Assembly: GCA_965223665.1 (NCBI GenBank)
Contig: OZ245011.1
Coordinates: 1,632,001 to 1,696,000, forward strand
DNA: 64,000 nucleotides
Reading direction: 5' to 3'
Source: Nitrospinaceae bacterium
GTDB taxonomy: Bacteria > Nitrospinota > Nitrospinia > Nitrospinales > Nitrospinaceae
Part shown: piece by piece, positions 51,329-60,547 of the stretch
How the letters are laid out: each line of letters starts with the position of its first letter
Numbering within the stretch: the stretch's first letter is position 1
The notes under the pieces: model-generated
What the model saw: only the letters and a program-made list of their open reading frames with translations
The model's database searches: none
What the model was told of the DNA's origin: nothing
Translations under genes and position numbers: made by a program

Positions 51329-53338
51329 TCAAAGGTCCAAAAGATTGTCGGTGCTTTTTTCGTGGCTGAGAACGTATTGATGAGAATCGTACAACTTTTT
51401 ATAAATGGTGGAGAAAGGAGGGTATTTGTTTATCTCTTCAAGAAATTCTTTCCAGAGTTTTAGTTTATCTAAAAATTTGGTTAGAGATACATGTCTATCG
51501 TAGATCTCTTTATTTCCAAATTCAGGAATGAGAGAAATAAATTCTTTGGAAATTTCAGGATTATTTTTAAAGTCATATTTTTCGTAAGCAACGAATATTG
51601 CTAATCCCATGATTCGACTATGCTGGTCAAAATAATGAAACATCCCCCAATTTTTTTTAGCCGGTCCGACACTCATACTACCAAATCTAACATTTTGATC
51701 TTCCCCAGATAAATATAGAGTATGCCCAGAAGGAAGCTTCTCTAAGAAAAAGGATTTAGTAATTTTTTTATTGAGCAGGCTTTTGGTGACCTTATCTACG
51801 TTTAAAAATTTTTTCAGTGACGGCACTTCCAGAAACTTTTTGAATCGGTAAGGATCCACCTCTTCCAGAAACTTCAGCGTTTGCAACCAGCGGCCAAACA
51901 GTTTCTCGTTGTTTTCGATCTGTTCATAAAATTTTTCCGACGTGCTTTCCGGCACTTCGCTGATAAATTTTGCCGAATGATATTCCTGAATGCTTTTATG
52001 AATAAAGTTAATTTCGTTTCCTTCCTGCACCAGCAAACAGGTTATGGAAACCAGGTCCTCCAAGTAGTCTTCGGCAGGCGTTTCCTTTAAGTGGCACGCA
52101 TCCAGAGATTTGCTCACAATTTTTAAACAGTCGACTTCGTTGAATCGGGTCAGGTTTTCCTTTTGAGTGGTAAAACAAAAATTCCGAAATACCGTTTCGA
52201 ATTCCAGATCACCCAGTTCACTTTTCCTTTCGCGGACGTAACCGGGCTTCGTCTGGTCATGCCGTTTGAGCAACACCCAGAACAGATCGCGATACCAGTC
52301 CGACAACTGATCAGGAATTTCGTTGCCTCCCTTATAGACAATGATTAGCAGAGTTACCAACAACGGCGTGGTCAACACGTTTTGAATGTTTTTGTTGACA
52401 TCGATCGCCTTTAAAAACATTGCCGCCTTTTCCGGGTCCGGCACTAACTTTTTAATGAGGTTTTTGTTGTCGTCCGGAGTGAGTTTTACCAGCGGGAAAA
52501 TGGCAAAGTGAGGAGACTTTTGTATTTCCCCATTGGGTCGACTGGAAATAACGGTGCGAATGTTTTTATACTTTTGCGCAATTTTTTCCAGGTAACGAAT
52601 CGTTTGCATGATGTATTTGGAATTCAATTCATCGAACCCGTCGAGGATCAAAGCGATTCGACCCGCGCTGGCAAATGCGTCGAACAACTCACTGTCGAAC
52701 TTCAATCCCAGGATGGAAAGCGAGGAGAAAATCAAATCCTGCAATGAAGTTTTGTTATCGATTTGCCGCAGTTCGACAAAAATCGGAATGTATTCGCCGC
52801 GTCTCAATTCCTGAATACATAAATATTTTAAAAGAATCGATTTTCCCTGTCCGGCGGTTCCCTGAATAATAATATTCCGCAATGATTGAAAATCATCAAT
52901 GGAATTGACTTCCATTTCCAAACCGCTTTCACTTTTTCTAATCAACAAATCCTTTTCTTCATCCTGGTTCGCAAATATATCATACGCGGAGGTTTCTACA
53001 CGAGTGGGATAGTAGAAGTCGGACACTTTCACTTCTTTGTCCGTCTGCCAAATAGTTTTTACTTTTTCGACGTTGGCAATTTGCTCGACCAGGTTGGGGA
53101 TTTTCAGTTTGCTTTTGCTGAATTTGTATTTCTTTTTTTCAACAGAGGTGAGCCGTTCCAGAACCTCTTCAACTAAATCCCGGATTCCCTGCTCCAACTC
53201 AGGTTTTTGTTTGGTCAGGGAGATATTGTAGTTTTTAACAATCTTGTCGCGGCCAACTTTATCCCCGCCAACTTTATCCCCTTTGACGCTATCTCCCTCA
53301 AGTGAAGTCATTTTTTTCTTTTGTTTTTCGTTGTTCAT
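51329..53338 (-). CDS. NACHT-domain STAND NTPase (bacterial NLR-related) with an N-terminal GDKVG-repeat motif
   Basis: Walker A GTAGQGKS, Walker B LILDGFDE, ISSRP, TPLL, FIHKSIQEY; short non-repeat C-terminal domain. Confidence 0.92.
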   Translation of the reverse strand: MNNEKQKKKMTSLEGDSVKGDKVGGDKVGRDKIVKNYNISLTKQKPELEQGIRDLVEEVLERLTSVEKKKYKFSKSKLKIPNLVEQIANVEKVKTIWQTDKEVKVSDFYYPTRVETSAYDIFANQDEEKDLLIRKSESGLEMEVNSIDDFQSLRNIIIQGTAGQGKSILLKYLCIQELRRGEYIPIFVELRQIDNKTSLQDLIFSSLSILGLKFDSELFDAFASAGRIALILDGFDELNSKYIMQTIRYLEKIAQKYKNIRTVISSRPNGEIQKSPHFAIFPLVKLTPDDNKNLIKKLVPDPEKAAMFLKAIDVNKNIQNVLTTPLLVTLLIIVYKGGNEIPDQLSDWYRDLFWVLLKRHDQTKPGYVRERKSELGDLEFETVFRNFCFTTQKENLTRFNEVDCLKIVSKSLDACHLKETPAEDYLEDLVSITCLLVQEGNEINFIHKSIQEYHSAKFISEVPESTSEKFYEQIENNEKLFGRWLQTLKFLEEVDPYRFKKFLEVPSLKKFLNVDKVTKSLLNKKITKSFFLEKLPSGHTLYLSGEDQNVRFGSMSVGPAKKNWGMFHYFDQHSRIMGLAIFVAYEKYDFKNNPEISKEFISLIPEFGNKEIYDRHVSLTKFLDKLKLWKEFLEEINKYPPFSTIYKKLYDSHQYVLSHEKSTDNLLDL

Positions 53339-55063
53339 TTATTTAGATTCAGTATTGGGATCGTCTTTGAGTCGACGGGTGAAGGCAATGTTATTGAGAA
53401 CAACAGTCACGTTCGGGTGTGCTTTTCCTAAAGTCATTTGAAAAATAGGCAACGCTTTTGCAAAATAATCGATGGCTTTGTCGTAATCCCCTTTTTCTCT
53501 CCACGCGGCACCGAGGTTATTGTACCGGGTCCCCACATAATGATGATGCGGACCCCAGTTTTTGAGATCACTGGCCAGGGCCTTCTCAAAAAATTTAATC
53601 GCTTTGTCAAAATCTCCTTGCTCTTGCCAAGCGGATCCTACATTATTCCATCCGTTGGCAACATCGGGATGACCTTCTCCAAGCGTTAAAATATTTCTGG
53701 CAAGAGCTTTTTCAAAGTAGTGGATGGCTTTTTCGTTTTCACTTTTATTGTGCCAGGCCATTCCCAAACTGTTCCAATGATAGGCTAGATTCGGATGGTC
53801 TTCACCTAAAGTTTCGAGATCGCTGGCCAGGGCTTTTTCAAAATATTCGATGGCTTTATCGTACTCACCCATCGTATTCCACGCCAATCCCAGGTTGTTC
53901 CAATCTCGAGCGACACAAGGATGAACCTTTCCAAAAACTTTGAGATCACTCGCCAGTGCCTTTTCGAAATACTCAATGGCCTGGCCCGTCTCACCCAAAT
54001 TCTGCCAAGCCAATCCCAAATTATTCCACACAGTCGCAACACGGGGATGGTCTTTACCATACACCTCCTCATAAATGGGCAAACATTTTTTAAAATAGGC
54101 TATGGCTCTATCAAAATACCCTCTCGCCTTCCAAACCGTACCCACATTATGGCAACGGTGAGCCACATTCGGATGATTGGGGCCATAAGTTTTCAGGTCA
54201 CTTTGCAGAGCCTTTTCATAATATCCAATCGCTTTATCGAGTTCACCCTTATCCTGCCAAACATTTCCCAAATTACTCCATTGAATAGCCACCTCCGGAT
54301 GGTCCTGGTCATAATTTTTTAAATTAATGTCCAACGCTTTTTCTAAATACGCAAGTGCCTGATCGTATTCTCCCCTTTCTCTGCAAATCATTCCCAGATT
54401 ATTCAAATTGATAGCCACACTTGAATCTTCCTTCCCGTGATTTTGTATATTCGCATCCAATGCTTTTTCGTAGTACTCCATGGCCTTATCGTAGCGGCCA
54501 AGGGTTTTCAAAAGAATTCCAGTTTCGTTTAGATACAAACTATTTTCCGGAACCAGTTGCGTTGCACGTTCCATATATTCGAGAGCTTTGAGGTAATCGA
54601 TTTTATTTTCCGCTAGTTTTCCGAGTTGGTAGGCGGCTTCGGCGGCTTGTTCAATGGTATCTTTACTTTGATCTAAAGCTTTATGGAATAATTCTTCAGC
54701 TTTTTCAGTTTTTCCCTTTTTGAGCTGAGCTTCAGCTTCAGCTAACTGATCCTTAGTAATGGAAGGCTGGCGCTCTAAGGCTTCGGTGGCCTGGGCTAAA
54801 AGCTGTTGAGTGTTTTCTAAATCTTGTTGGACATTTTGTAGACGTGCTTCTGCATGATCCACTATTTTTTCTAAGAGAGCAATTTTTTCCTGATCCCGTT
54901 GCTGGCCTTTTTCATGCTCCCGTTTCAACTGCTCACGAACTTTGTGAACTTCCTTTTCCAATTCCGCCTTATGCCCGGCCAGCGGGATATTGTAATTATG
55001 GACGACTTTATCGCGTCCTACTTTATCGCCACCGACTTTGTCACCTTGAACATTATCGCCCAT
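53339..55063 (-). CDS. TPR protein (42-aa kinesin-light-chain-type repeats) with an N-terminal GDKVG-repeat motif and coiled coil
   Basis: About 9 repeats of HP.VA..WNNLG.AW...GEYDKAI.YFEKAL..DL; the stop codon abuts the NACHT ATG (TAAATG). Confidence 0.92.
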   Translation of the reverse strand: MGDNVQGDKVGGDKVGRDKVVHNYNIPLAGHKAELEKEVHKVREQLKREHEKGQQRDQEKIALLEKIVDHAEARLQNVQQDLENTQQLLAQATEALERQPSITKDQLAEAEAQLKKGKTEKAEELFHKALDQSKDTIEQAAEAAYQLGKLAENKIDYLKALEYMERATQLVPENSLYLNETGILLKTLGRYDKAMEYYEKALDANIQNHGKEDSSVAINLNNLGMICRERGEYDQALAYLEKALDINLKNYDQDHPEVAIQWSNLGNVWQDKGELDKAIGYYEKALQSDLKTYGPNHPNVAHRCHNVGTVWKARGYFDRAIAYFKKCLPIYEEVYGKDHPRVATVWNNLGLAWQNLGETGQAIEYFEKALASDLKVFGKVHPCVARDWNNLGLAWNTMGEYDKAIEYFEKALASDLETLGEDHPNLAYHWNSLGMAWHNKSENEKAIHYFEKALARNILTLGEGHPDVANGWNNVGSAWQEQGDFDKAIKFFEKALASDLKNWGPHHHYVGTRYNNLGAAWREKGDYDKAIDYFAKALPIFQMTLGKAHPNVTVVLNNIAFTRRLKDDPNTESK

Positions 55064-55353
55064 CTATCCAATTCCTGCTAAATTGAAAAATGGAAAAGTT
55101 CTTATGTATTCAAACCTACTCCTTCTGCCAAAACGAATCAAGGAAAATATTGGTGAGGGGAACGGAACCGGCCAGTCTAAAAATGGGAACTCGGTTTAAA
55201 CAGGGAGTCATAGGGATTTTCCCGGTTTGTCTGTGGAAAAAAATAACGAGTTGGTTCTATATATAGGGCGTTTTCGCGGAGATTTCTATTTTACAATTTC
55301 CCCTGAAATGGTTTATTTTGTCCCCAGGTTCAACATCTAATGAGGGGTCATTT

Positions 55354-55818
55354 ATGCAAACTATACTTCCGTTTTTAAAAATTTTTGTTGCACCATCCAT
55401 CATTTTAATCGGATTGTGTTTCACCATCCGCCATTTTAAATTTGTCCGCGCCATTTCTTATCTCGAACGATTGAACAGTACCGAGATGATGAAAGTTCGT
55501 GCAGAAGTCGACGGCTGGTTAAGTTCCAAAGCAAGTGACGAAGAAAAACTGAACGCGATATTTTCGAATCCCGCACTCCATTTGCATTTAATCCTGCTCA
55601 CCAACCTGTTCACAGAGTTGGGAATCGCTTATAAATTTGGAGTGATCAACAAAAAGCTGACGTTTGAAGCGTGGGACCCGGTCCTTCCCCGATACTGGAA
55701 CCAACTGCAATTTTATTTTCAGGACAGCCGCATCAAAGGAAAACTAGGAAAACATTTCGGAAACATGGCCAAAGACATGATGGAACAATCCGACCATCCG
55801 GAAGAAAGATATATTTAG
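55354..55818 (+). CDS. Hypothetical protein with an N-terminal TM (DUF4760-like)
   Basis: GAGGGG RBS before the ATG at 55354; N.FTELGIAYK.GVI.......W......YW pattern. Confidence 0.6.
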   Translation: MQTILPFLKIFVAPSIILIGLCFTIRHFKFVRAISYLERLNSTEMMKVRAEVDGWLSSKASDEEKLNAIFSNPALHLHLILLTNLFTELGIAYKFGVINKKLTFEAWDPVLPRYWNQLQFYFQDSRIKGKLGKHFGNMAKDMMEQSDHPEERYI

Positions 55819-55931
55819 AAACGTGCAATAGTAAGTAATCCTGGTAACTAATGGTTACAAAATTTTTACCTACACCTTGATTTGTACGGAAATTTTCCGT
55901 ATAATATGGAAATTCATTAAAGGAACTGACT

Positions 55932-56225
55932 ATGAAACCGGAAAATCCATCCACCAAATCGGCCCGTTTTGAAGCAAGAATCACGGAAGAACAAAAGGCC
56001 ATTTTCCAAAGGGCCGCGGCATTGGGGGGCCACCGGTCTCTCACGGAATTTGTCATTGAAAGCGCTCAGGAAAAAGCCAATGCCCTGATACAAGAGCATG
56101 ATATCCTTCGTTTATCGGCGAAAGACAAAAAATTGTTCGTCGAAGCACTTTTAAATCCTCCGGCCCCCAATGCCAGGTTGAAGCAAGCCGCAAAACGCTA
56201 TAAAAAACTGGCGCCGCGTGGGTGA
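55932..56225 (+). CDS. Type II TA antitoxin, DUF1778 (TacA/AtaR-like RHH)
   Basis: KSARFEARIT.EQKA...RAA..G.RSLTEFV...A...F.EALLNPPAPNARL. Confidence 0.92.
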   Translation: MKPENPSTKSARFEARITEEQKAIFQRAAALGGHRSLTEFVIESAQEKANALIQEHDILRLSAKDKKLFVEALLNPPAPNARLKQAAKRYKKLAPRG

Positions 56226-56721
56226 GTTCCTTCCTCTAACCGAAGCATTACGCGCCAAACATAAACGGGGACACTTTACCTGCGGCGAACCTGCGCTGGA
56301 TATCTATCTAAAACAATTCGCCAGGCAGGATCAAAAAAGACGTGTCGCTGCGGTGTTTGTGTTGGCCGATGCAGCGAATCGTATTCAGGGTTATTACACA
56401 CTTTCCGCAGCCCATATATCTTCCGAGATTTTGCCGGAATCTCTATCTAAAAAACTTCCGAAACATTCATTTCAACCGGCCACGTTGTTGGGTCGACTGG
56501 CGGTGGATCAAGCTTTTCAAAACCAGGGGATGGGTGAAACGTTACTCATGGATGCCTTGCATAGAAGTTTTTTACTTTCGGACCAAATCGGTTCTATCGC
56601 GGTGATTGTAGATGCTTTGAATAAAAAAGCGGCTAAATTCTATACTCCATACGGGTTCATTCCCCTGACCGGCAGCAAACGATTGTTCCTTCCCATACAA
56701 ACTATCGCTAAACTATTTTAA
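56218..56721 (+). CDS. Type II TA toxin, GNAT acetyltransferase (TacT/AtaT-like)
   Basis: H.R..F.CG...LD.YL...A, GYYTL, PA.LLGRLAVD...Q.QG.G..LL.DA, VDA....A..FY..YGF. Confidence 0.93.
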   Translation: MGEFLPLTEALRAKHKRGHFTCGEPALDIYLKQFARQDQKRRVAAVFVLADAANRIQGYYTLSAAHISSEILPESLSKKLPKHSFQPATLLGRLAVDQAFQNQGMGETLLMDALHRSFLLSDQIGSIAVIVDALNKKAAKFYTPYGFIPLTGSKRLFLPIQTIAKLF

Positions 56722-56752
56722 ATTGTAATGACTATAGTTTATGGATTGCAAA

Positions 56753-57151
56753 CTAAAGACAAAATATTAAATGGAAGGGAACATTCTCTTTTCGCCATTC
56801 ATCTGAGGCAAAAAGCCAGGATGAAATAAGTTTGCCTGCGGTAAGCGTTGCATTTTTCCAAAGTACTCCGGAATTTGATAAAAGCAACACATAGCCTTTG
56901 GCAGGCCACCACTCCAAATCCCCCAAACATTCATCCAAAGCATCCCAATTGTTTCCAAAGTAATCCGGAAATTTTAAGGCTTGAGCTAAAACAGCAAATA
57001 GATCGGAGTCATTCGAAATAGAAGCGGCATTAGCTTCGATTAAAGTGAGAGAAGAGTTTTGAACTTTCTCTCGCAAAGCGTTCCATTCGTCTTGAGAAAT
57101 AAAATGAACACACTCGGCGGATGGGTTTTCGAGAATTTTGAAATGAATCAT
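56753..57151 (-). CDS. Barstar-family RNase inhibitor (orphan immunity protein)
   Basis: LKFPDYFGNNWDALDECLGDL barstar signature. Confidence 0.9.
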   Translation of the reverse strand: MIHFKILENPSAECVHFISQDEWNALREKVQNSSLTLIEANAASISNDSDLFAVLAQALKFPDYFGNNWDALDECLGDLEWWPAKGYVLLLSNSGVLWKNATLTAGKLISSWLFASDEWRKENVPFHLIFCL

Positions 57152-57276
57152 TGTACCTCAGAAATTTCCATGGTTTCACCATCTTTAATATGAGCGGCTT
57201 TCTTCTCATCCAAATAAATACCCAGACTCCCCACCACTTGATCGCCCGTGTCTCTGTAAATGATAAGGCTACTCAT
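57148..57276 (-). pseudogene. Truncated duplicate of the 58038-58481 gene (first ~38 codons only)
   Basis: 57163-57293 is nearly identical to 58368-58498 (offset 1205 nt); MSSLIIYRDTGDQVVGSLGIYLDEKKAA, then it ends at the barstar start. Confidence 0.8.
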
Positions 57277-58036
57277 CGTTTGGTGGCTCTTCACTTTGAG
57301 AATCCATATAGATTCTTTCTGTATCCCCGAATCCTGCATACTTTTTTGTTTTTAGTTTACCGTCTGGATAGTAATAATATTCATACGCCCGTTTCATTTT
57401 CCCCTTATCAAAATTTTCGATGCGATATAGCTTTCCTTTCTCATCATAATAAAGGACAGAATAAAATGAATAAACTCCAGCCAGGACATCTTCCGGAAGT
57501 AATTCTCCTTTAACTCTGGGGAATAATCTAGACTTATGACTACTTTTTGCGATTCGATAGTATTTTTTTTCTTTTTTCCCGGTGGGAGTTATTTTTCGGG
57601 ATTTTATATATTTATCAACTGGCTCTCCATCCGGATCAAAACGATATCTTTTTGCAATTTTATTACCCGAATAAATTGTTCTTGCTTCTCTAAGTATTCC
57701 GTTTCCATGATACAGGTACTCATATTCTAATCGTTTTTCATCCTTAAAATATTTTTCTATTCTATGTAACTGACCTTTTTCATTGTAGTGCCCAATATAG
57801 TAGGAATCGTTGGTCGATAATGCCTCTTCTTTTGAAAAAGGTTCCACCAATTGGAAAGGTAAATATTTAGGATGCAAATGTTCCCCGGTGAATCCTGAAT
57901 AGTACAGAGCTTGCTTTTCCCCGGTAGCAGGAATTGTAGGCGCCATACGATTAGCCTTTCCGGCACAACCCACTCCAATCAGTAGAACGCAACCCAGCAC
58001 TATATAAATGAACCTGAAATTTTTCCTGGAAATCAA
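57269..58036 (-). CDS. Lipoprotein with two tandem paralogous beta-hairpin (MORN/YD-like) domains
   Basis: Lipobox GVGC; YYIGHYNEKGQLHRIEK and YDEKGKLYRIE domains match the 58910 and 58474 proteins respectively. Confidence 0.8.
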   Translation of the reverse strand: MISRKNFRFIYIVLGCVLLIGVGCAGKANRMAPTIPATGEKQALYYSGFTGEHLHPKYLPFQLVEPFSKEEALSTNDSYYIGHYNEKGQLHRIEKYFKDEKRLEYEYLYHGNGILREARTIYSGNKIAKRYRFDPDGEPVDKYIKSRKITPTGKKEKKYYRIAKSSHKSRLFPRVKGELLPEDVLAGVYSFYSVLYYDEKGKLYRIENFDKGKMKRAYEYYYYPDGKLKTKKYAGFGDTERIYMDSQSEEPPNDE

Positions 58037-58037
58037 T

Positions 58038-58481
58038 TCAAAACTCGAAATTTAATAAATCGATTAAACCCAATATCCAAAAAATTAAAAATATGCAAAG
58101 TATAAAAACAACAAAAAGCTTATCTCTTCTGGAAATTTTTCTATCGATTCTCTCAGGGAAAGATTCTTCGCTTTCCAATTTAGACAGATAGATTGCATTT
58201 AACTTCTTGTAATGCCCATAGAAATAAAAAAGTCTTTCCACAAAATTTGTTGGCTCGTTATAGCAGTAAAACTTTAAAGACTCTCCTTTAGAGATATTAA
58301 ATGAAATCGTTTTCGTATGAGAATAACCATTATTGATTTGAAGGTCATGATCACCCGGCTGTATGGGAATTTCCACGGTTTCACCATCTTTTATAAGAGC
58401 GGCTTTCTTCTCATCCAAATAAATACCCAGACTCCCCACCACTTGATCGCCCGTGTCTCTGTAAATGATAAGGCTACTCAT
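58038..58481 (-). CDS. Small beta-sandwich protein with a C-terminal TM
   Basis: The ATG overlaps the upstream stop (ATGAGTAG); IKDGETVEIPIQPGDHDLQI motif. Confidence 0.7.
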   Translation of the reverse strand: MSSLIIYRDTGDQVVGSLGIYLDEKKAALIKDGETVEIPIQPGDHDLQINNGYSHTKTISFNISKGESLKFYCYNEPTNFVERLFYFYGHYKKLNAIYLSKLESEESFPERIDRKISRRDKLFVVFILCIFLIFWILGLIDLLNFEF

Positions 58482-58893
58482 CGTTTGGTGGCTCTTCATT
58501 TTGTGGGAAAACATAAATTGCAATAGAGTCTCCATATGCGGCATACTCTTTCGCTTTTTTAAGTTTTCCATCTGGATAGAAATAATACTCGCGTACCCAT
58601 TTCATTTCCCCCTTATCGAATTTTTCGATGCGATACAGCATTCCTTTTCTATCATAAAATCCCACATAGTAAGGCTCACCTCTGGATAACGCTTCTTTTT
58701 TGGTAAGAGGTTTTGCTAATTCAAGAGGGAAAGTCGAAGGATCCCATTTTCGCCCAATATATCCTCCGTAATATGAAATCCGCGATTCGTCTGTCTCGTC
58801 CACCATGGAAGGTTTCTTGGTTGGAAGAAACCCACTCTGGGCAACCCACAAAACCAGTAACAACGTTAAATAAATCAGGAAATTTTTTTTCAT
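58474..58893 (-). CDS. Exported protein, paralog of the 57269 and 58910 proteins
   Basis: PL.L.KPL.KKEAL....YYVGFYDRKG.LYRIEKF..G; ends EEPPNDE like 57269. Confidence 0.75.
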   Translation of the reverse strand: MKKNFLIYLTLLLVLWVAQSGFLPTKKPSMVDETDESRISYYGGYIGRKWDPSTFPLELAKPLTKKEALSRGEPYYVGFYDRKGMLYRIEKFDKGEMKWVREYYFYPDGKLKKAKEYAAYGDSIAIYVFPQNEEPPNDE

Positions 58894-58909
58894 CTATGCA
58901 ACATCCTTT

Positions 58910-59371
58910 TCATTTCTTTTTCTGGTGTTTTCTGTAGATTCGCTCTCCACCATTAAGTGCCTCTCCATTCCGGTCAAAATAACTAGAATATTCTTCCTCC
59001 GTGTCCGGGTGAATCACAATGGCTTCTTTAAGGCTGCCATTCTCGTGGTAAAGATAGTCATGTCCCCAATGCATTTTTCCTCTATAGAATTTTTCTATCT
59101 GGTATAACTGCCCTTTTTCATCATAATACCCAATGATATAAGCAGCGTCTCTGGACAATGCCTCCTTTTTGGAAAGAGGCCCTACCAATTTTAATGGGAG
59201 GAAGTAAGGGTCAAAATTTTGCCCGGTAAATCCCGAATAATATTTAGCCTGCTTTTCTCCGGTTGCAGGAATGGTGGGCGCCATACGATTTACCTTTCCC
59301 AGGCAACCCATTCCCATCAGCAGAATGAAACACAGCACGAAATTAATGGACTTATATTTTTTCATATTCAT
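58910..59371 (-). CDS. Lipoprotein, paralog of 57269
   Basis: Lipobox GMGC; NRMAPTIPATGEKQA.YYSGFTG is identical to 57269. Confidence 0.8.
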   Translation of the reverse strand: MNMKKYKSINFVLCFILLMGMGCLGKVNRMAPTIPATGEKQAKYYSGFTGQNFDPYFLPLKLVGPLSKKEALSRDAAYIIGYYDEKGQLYQIEKFYRGKMHWGHDYLYHENGSLKEAIVIHPDTEEEYSSYFDRNGEALNGGERIYRKHQKKK

Positions 59372-60160
59372 TCACCGAAGAACATCCCACCGATAGTCGC
59401 AGGGGGATTTTAAGACTGGTTCAGGATCGGTTCCATCAGGCCAGCGCCTGATTCTAGAGTATAGACCCGAATAGTTTCCGGGACTGTGTATCGTCACAAA
59501 ATTTGCAATAATTCCCTTTACATCCAATCGCATATTCGCAGTGGAACAAGCCACATCAGGAGGAAGAACTGATTTTGATTTATTTTTCAAAGTCGACCTA
59601 AGGATTCCCCAGGATTTCTTAACTAAATCAGTTAACTTCTTAAACTCAGTATCAGAAGCGTAAAGCCTCAAATCACCATAGTGTATCCTTTGATCACTAT
59701 CAATATAAAGGGTTTCACTTCTTCCATCCTTCATTCTTAAAACCAATTTAATTATAAAATTTACAATTTCTGACTCAGAATCGCGGAAACCCAAAAAATG
59801 TCCGATTGACTTTTTAATCCTATAAGTTTTGCTGTTTTTTAAATAGAGTCTGCTGGTTTTAAAAATTTGATGCACAATTTTTCTGATCTCCGGAACCCAA
59901 ATTGGGCTCCTAAAGTAAGTTACGGTATAAGGGCTTTCTGATATCTTCTCCTTAGTAGCTAATCTAGCATGTCGACGACTGGGATAGTTATAGTGAACCC
60001 ATATATAGTCGATTTCCCCCTGCGTAAATTGATTGGTATCTTTTTGAAACTCGGGAGGAATTGATTTAGGCTTTCCAACACAACCCATTCCCCAAAATAG
60101 AAGAAGAATCAGTGCTAAATAAGCCAAGCCTCTTTCATTTATTTTCCTAAAAGAATTCAA
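59372..60160 (-). CDS. Hypothetical lipoprotein
   Basis: Lipobox GMGC; abuts the next gene. Confidence 0.7.
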   Translation of the reverse strand: MNSFRKINERGLAYLALILLLFWGMGCVGKPKSIPPEFQKDTNQFTQGEIDYIWVHYNYPSRRHARLATKEKISESPYTVTYFRSPIWVPEIRKIVHQIFKTSRLYLKNSKTYRIKKSIGHFLGFRDSESEIVNFIIKLVLRMKDGRSETLYIDSDQRIHYGDLRLYASDTEFKKLTDLVKKSWGILRSTLKNKSKSVLPPDVACSTANMRLDVKGIIANFVTIHSPGNYSGLYSRIRRWPDGTDPEPVLKSPCDYRWDVLR

Positions 60161-60169
60161 TGGAAAAAG

Positions 60170-60348
60170 TTATTCACTTTTCGATGCGGAATGGAAAACG
60201 TTATCCTTATAATTCTTTTGCAGTTCTTTCTTTTTCAGGTTTTCTTTTTTCGGGTAAACGCGAGTCATGGTCCAACGACTGGAGCATCCCACTCCCACAC
60301 ACACGATAAGAACAAGCGCCCCAACGACGCGACTGAACGGTTTCATCC
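60170..60348 (-). CDS. Short or truncated lipoprotein remnant
   Basis: GGAGG RBS, signal peptide with GVGC, and only about 38 residues after the Cys. Confidence 0.45.
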
Positions 60349-60547
60349 ATCTCCCTCCCAGGTGATGATTCAAATGAATTTCACCCGATTATATCTCACC
60401 CTTTTAAAGAACAGGAGCTGAAAAACGCGATTAGTTAGGGGTCGGACTCAAAAAACTTAACCAAGTTTGTGAGGAAACACAGTTTTTATCGGATACAGGA
60501 TTATTTCAACCCTGCACTATAGTAATGTTGAGAGTATTTTGTCTTTA

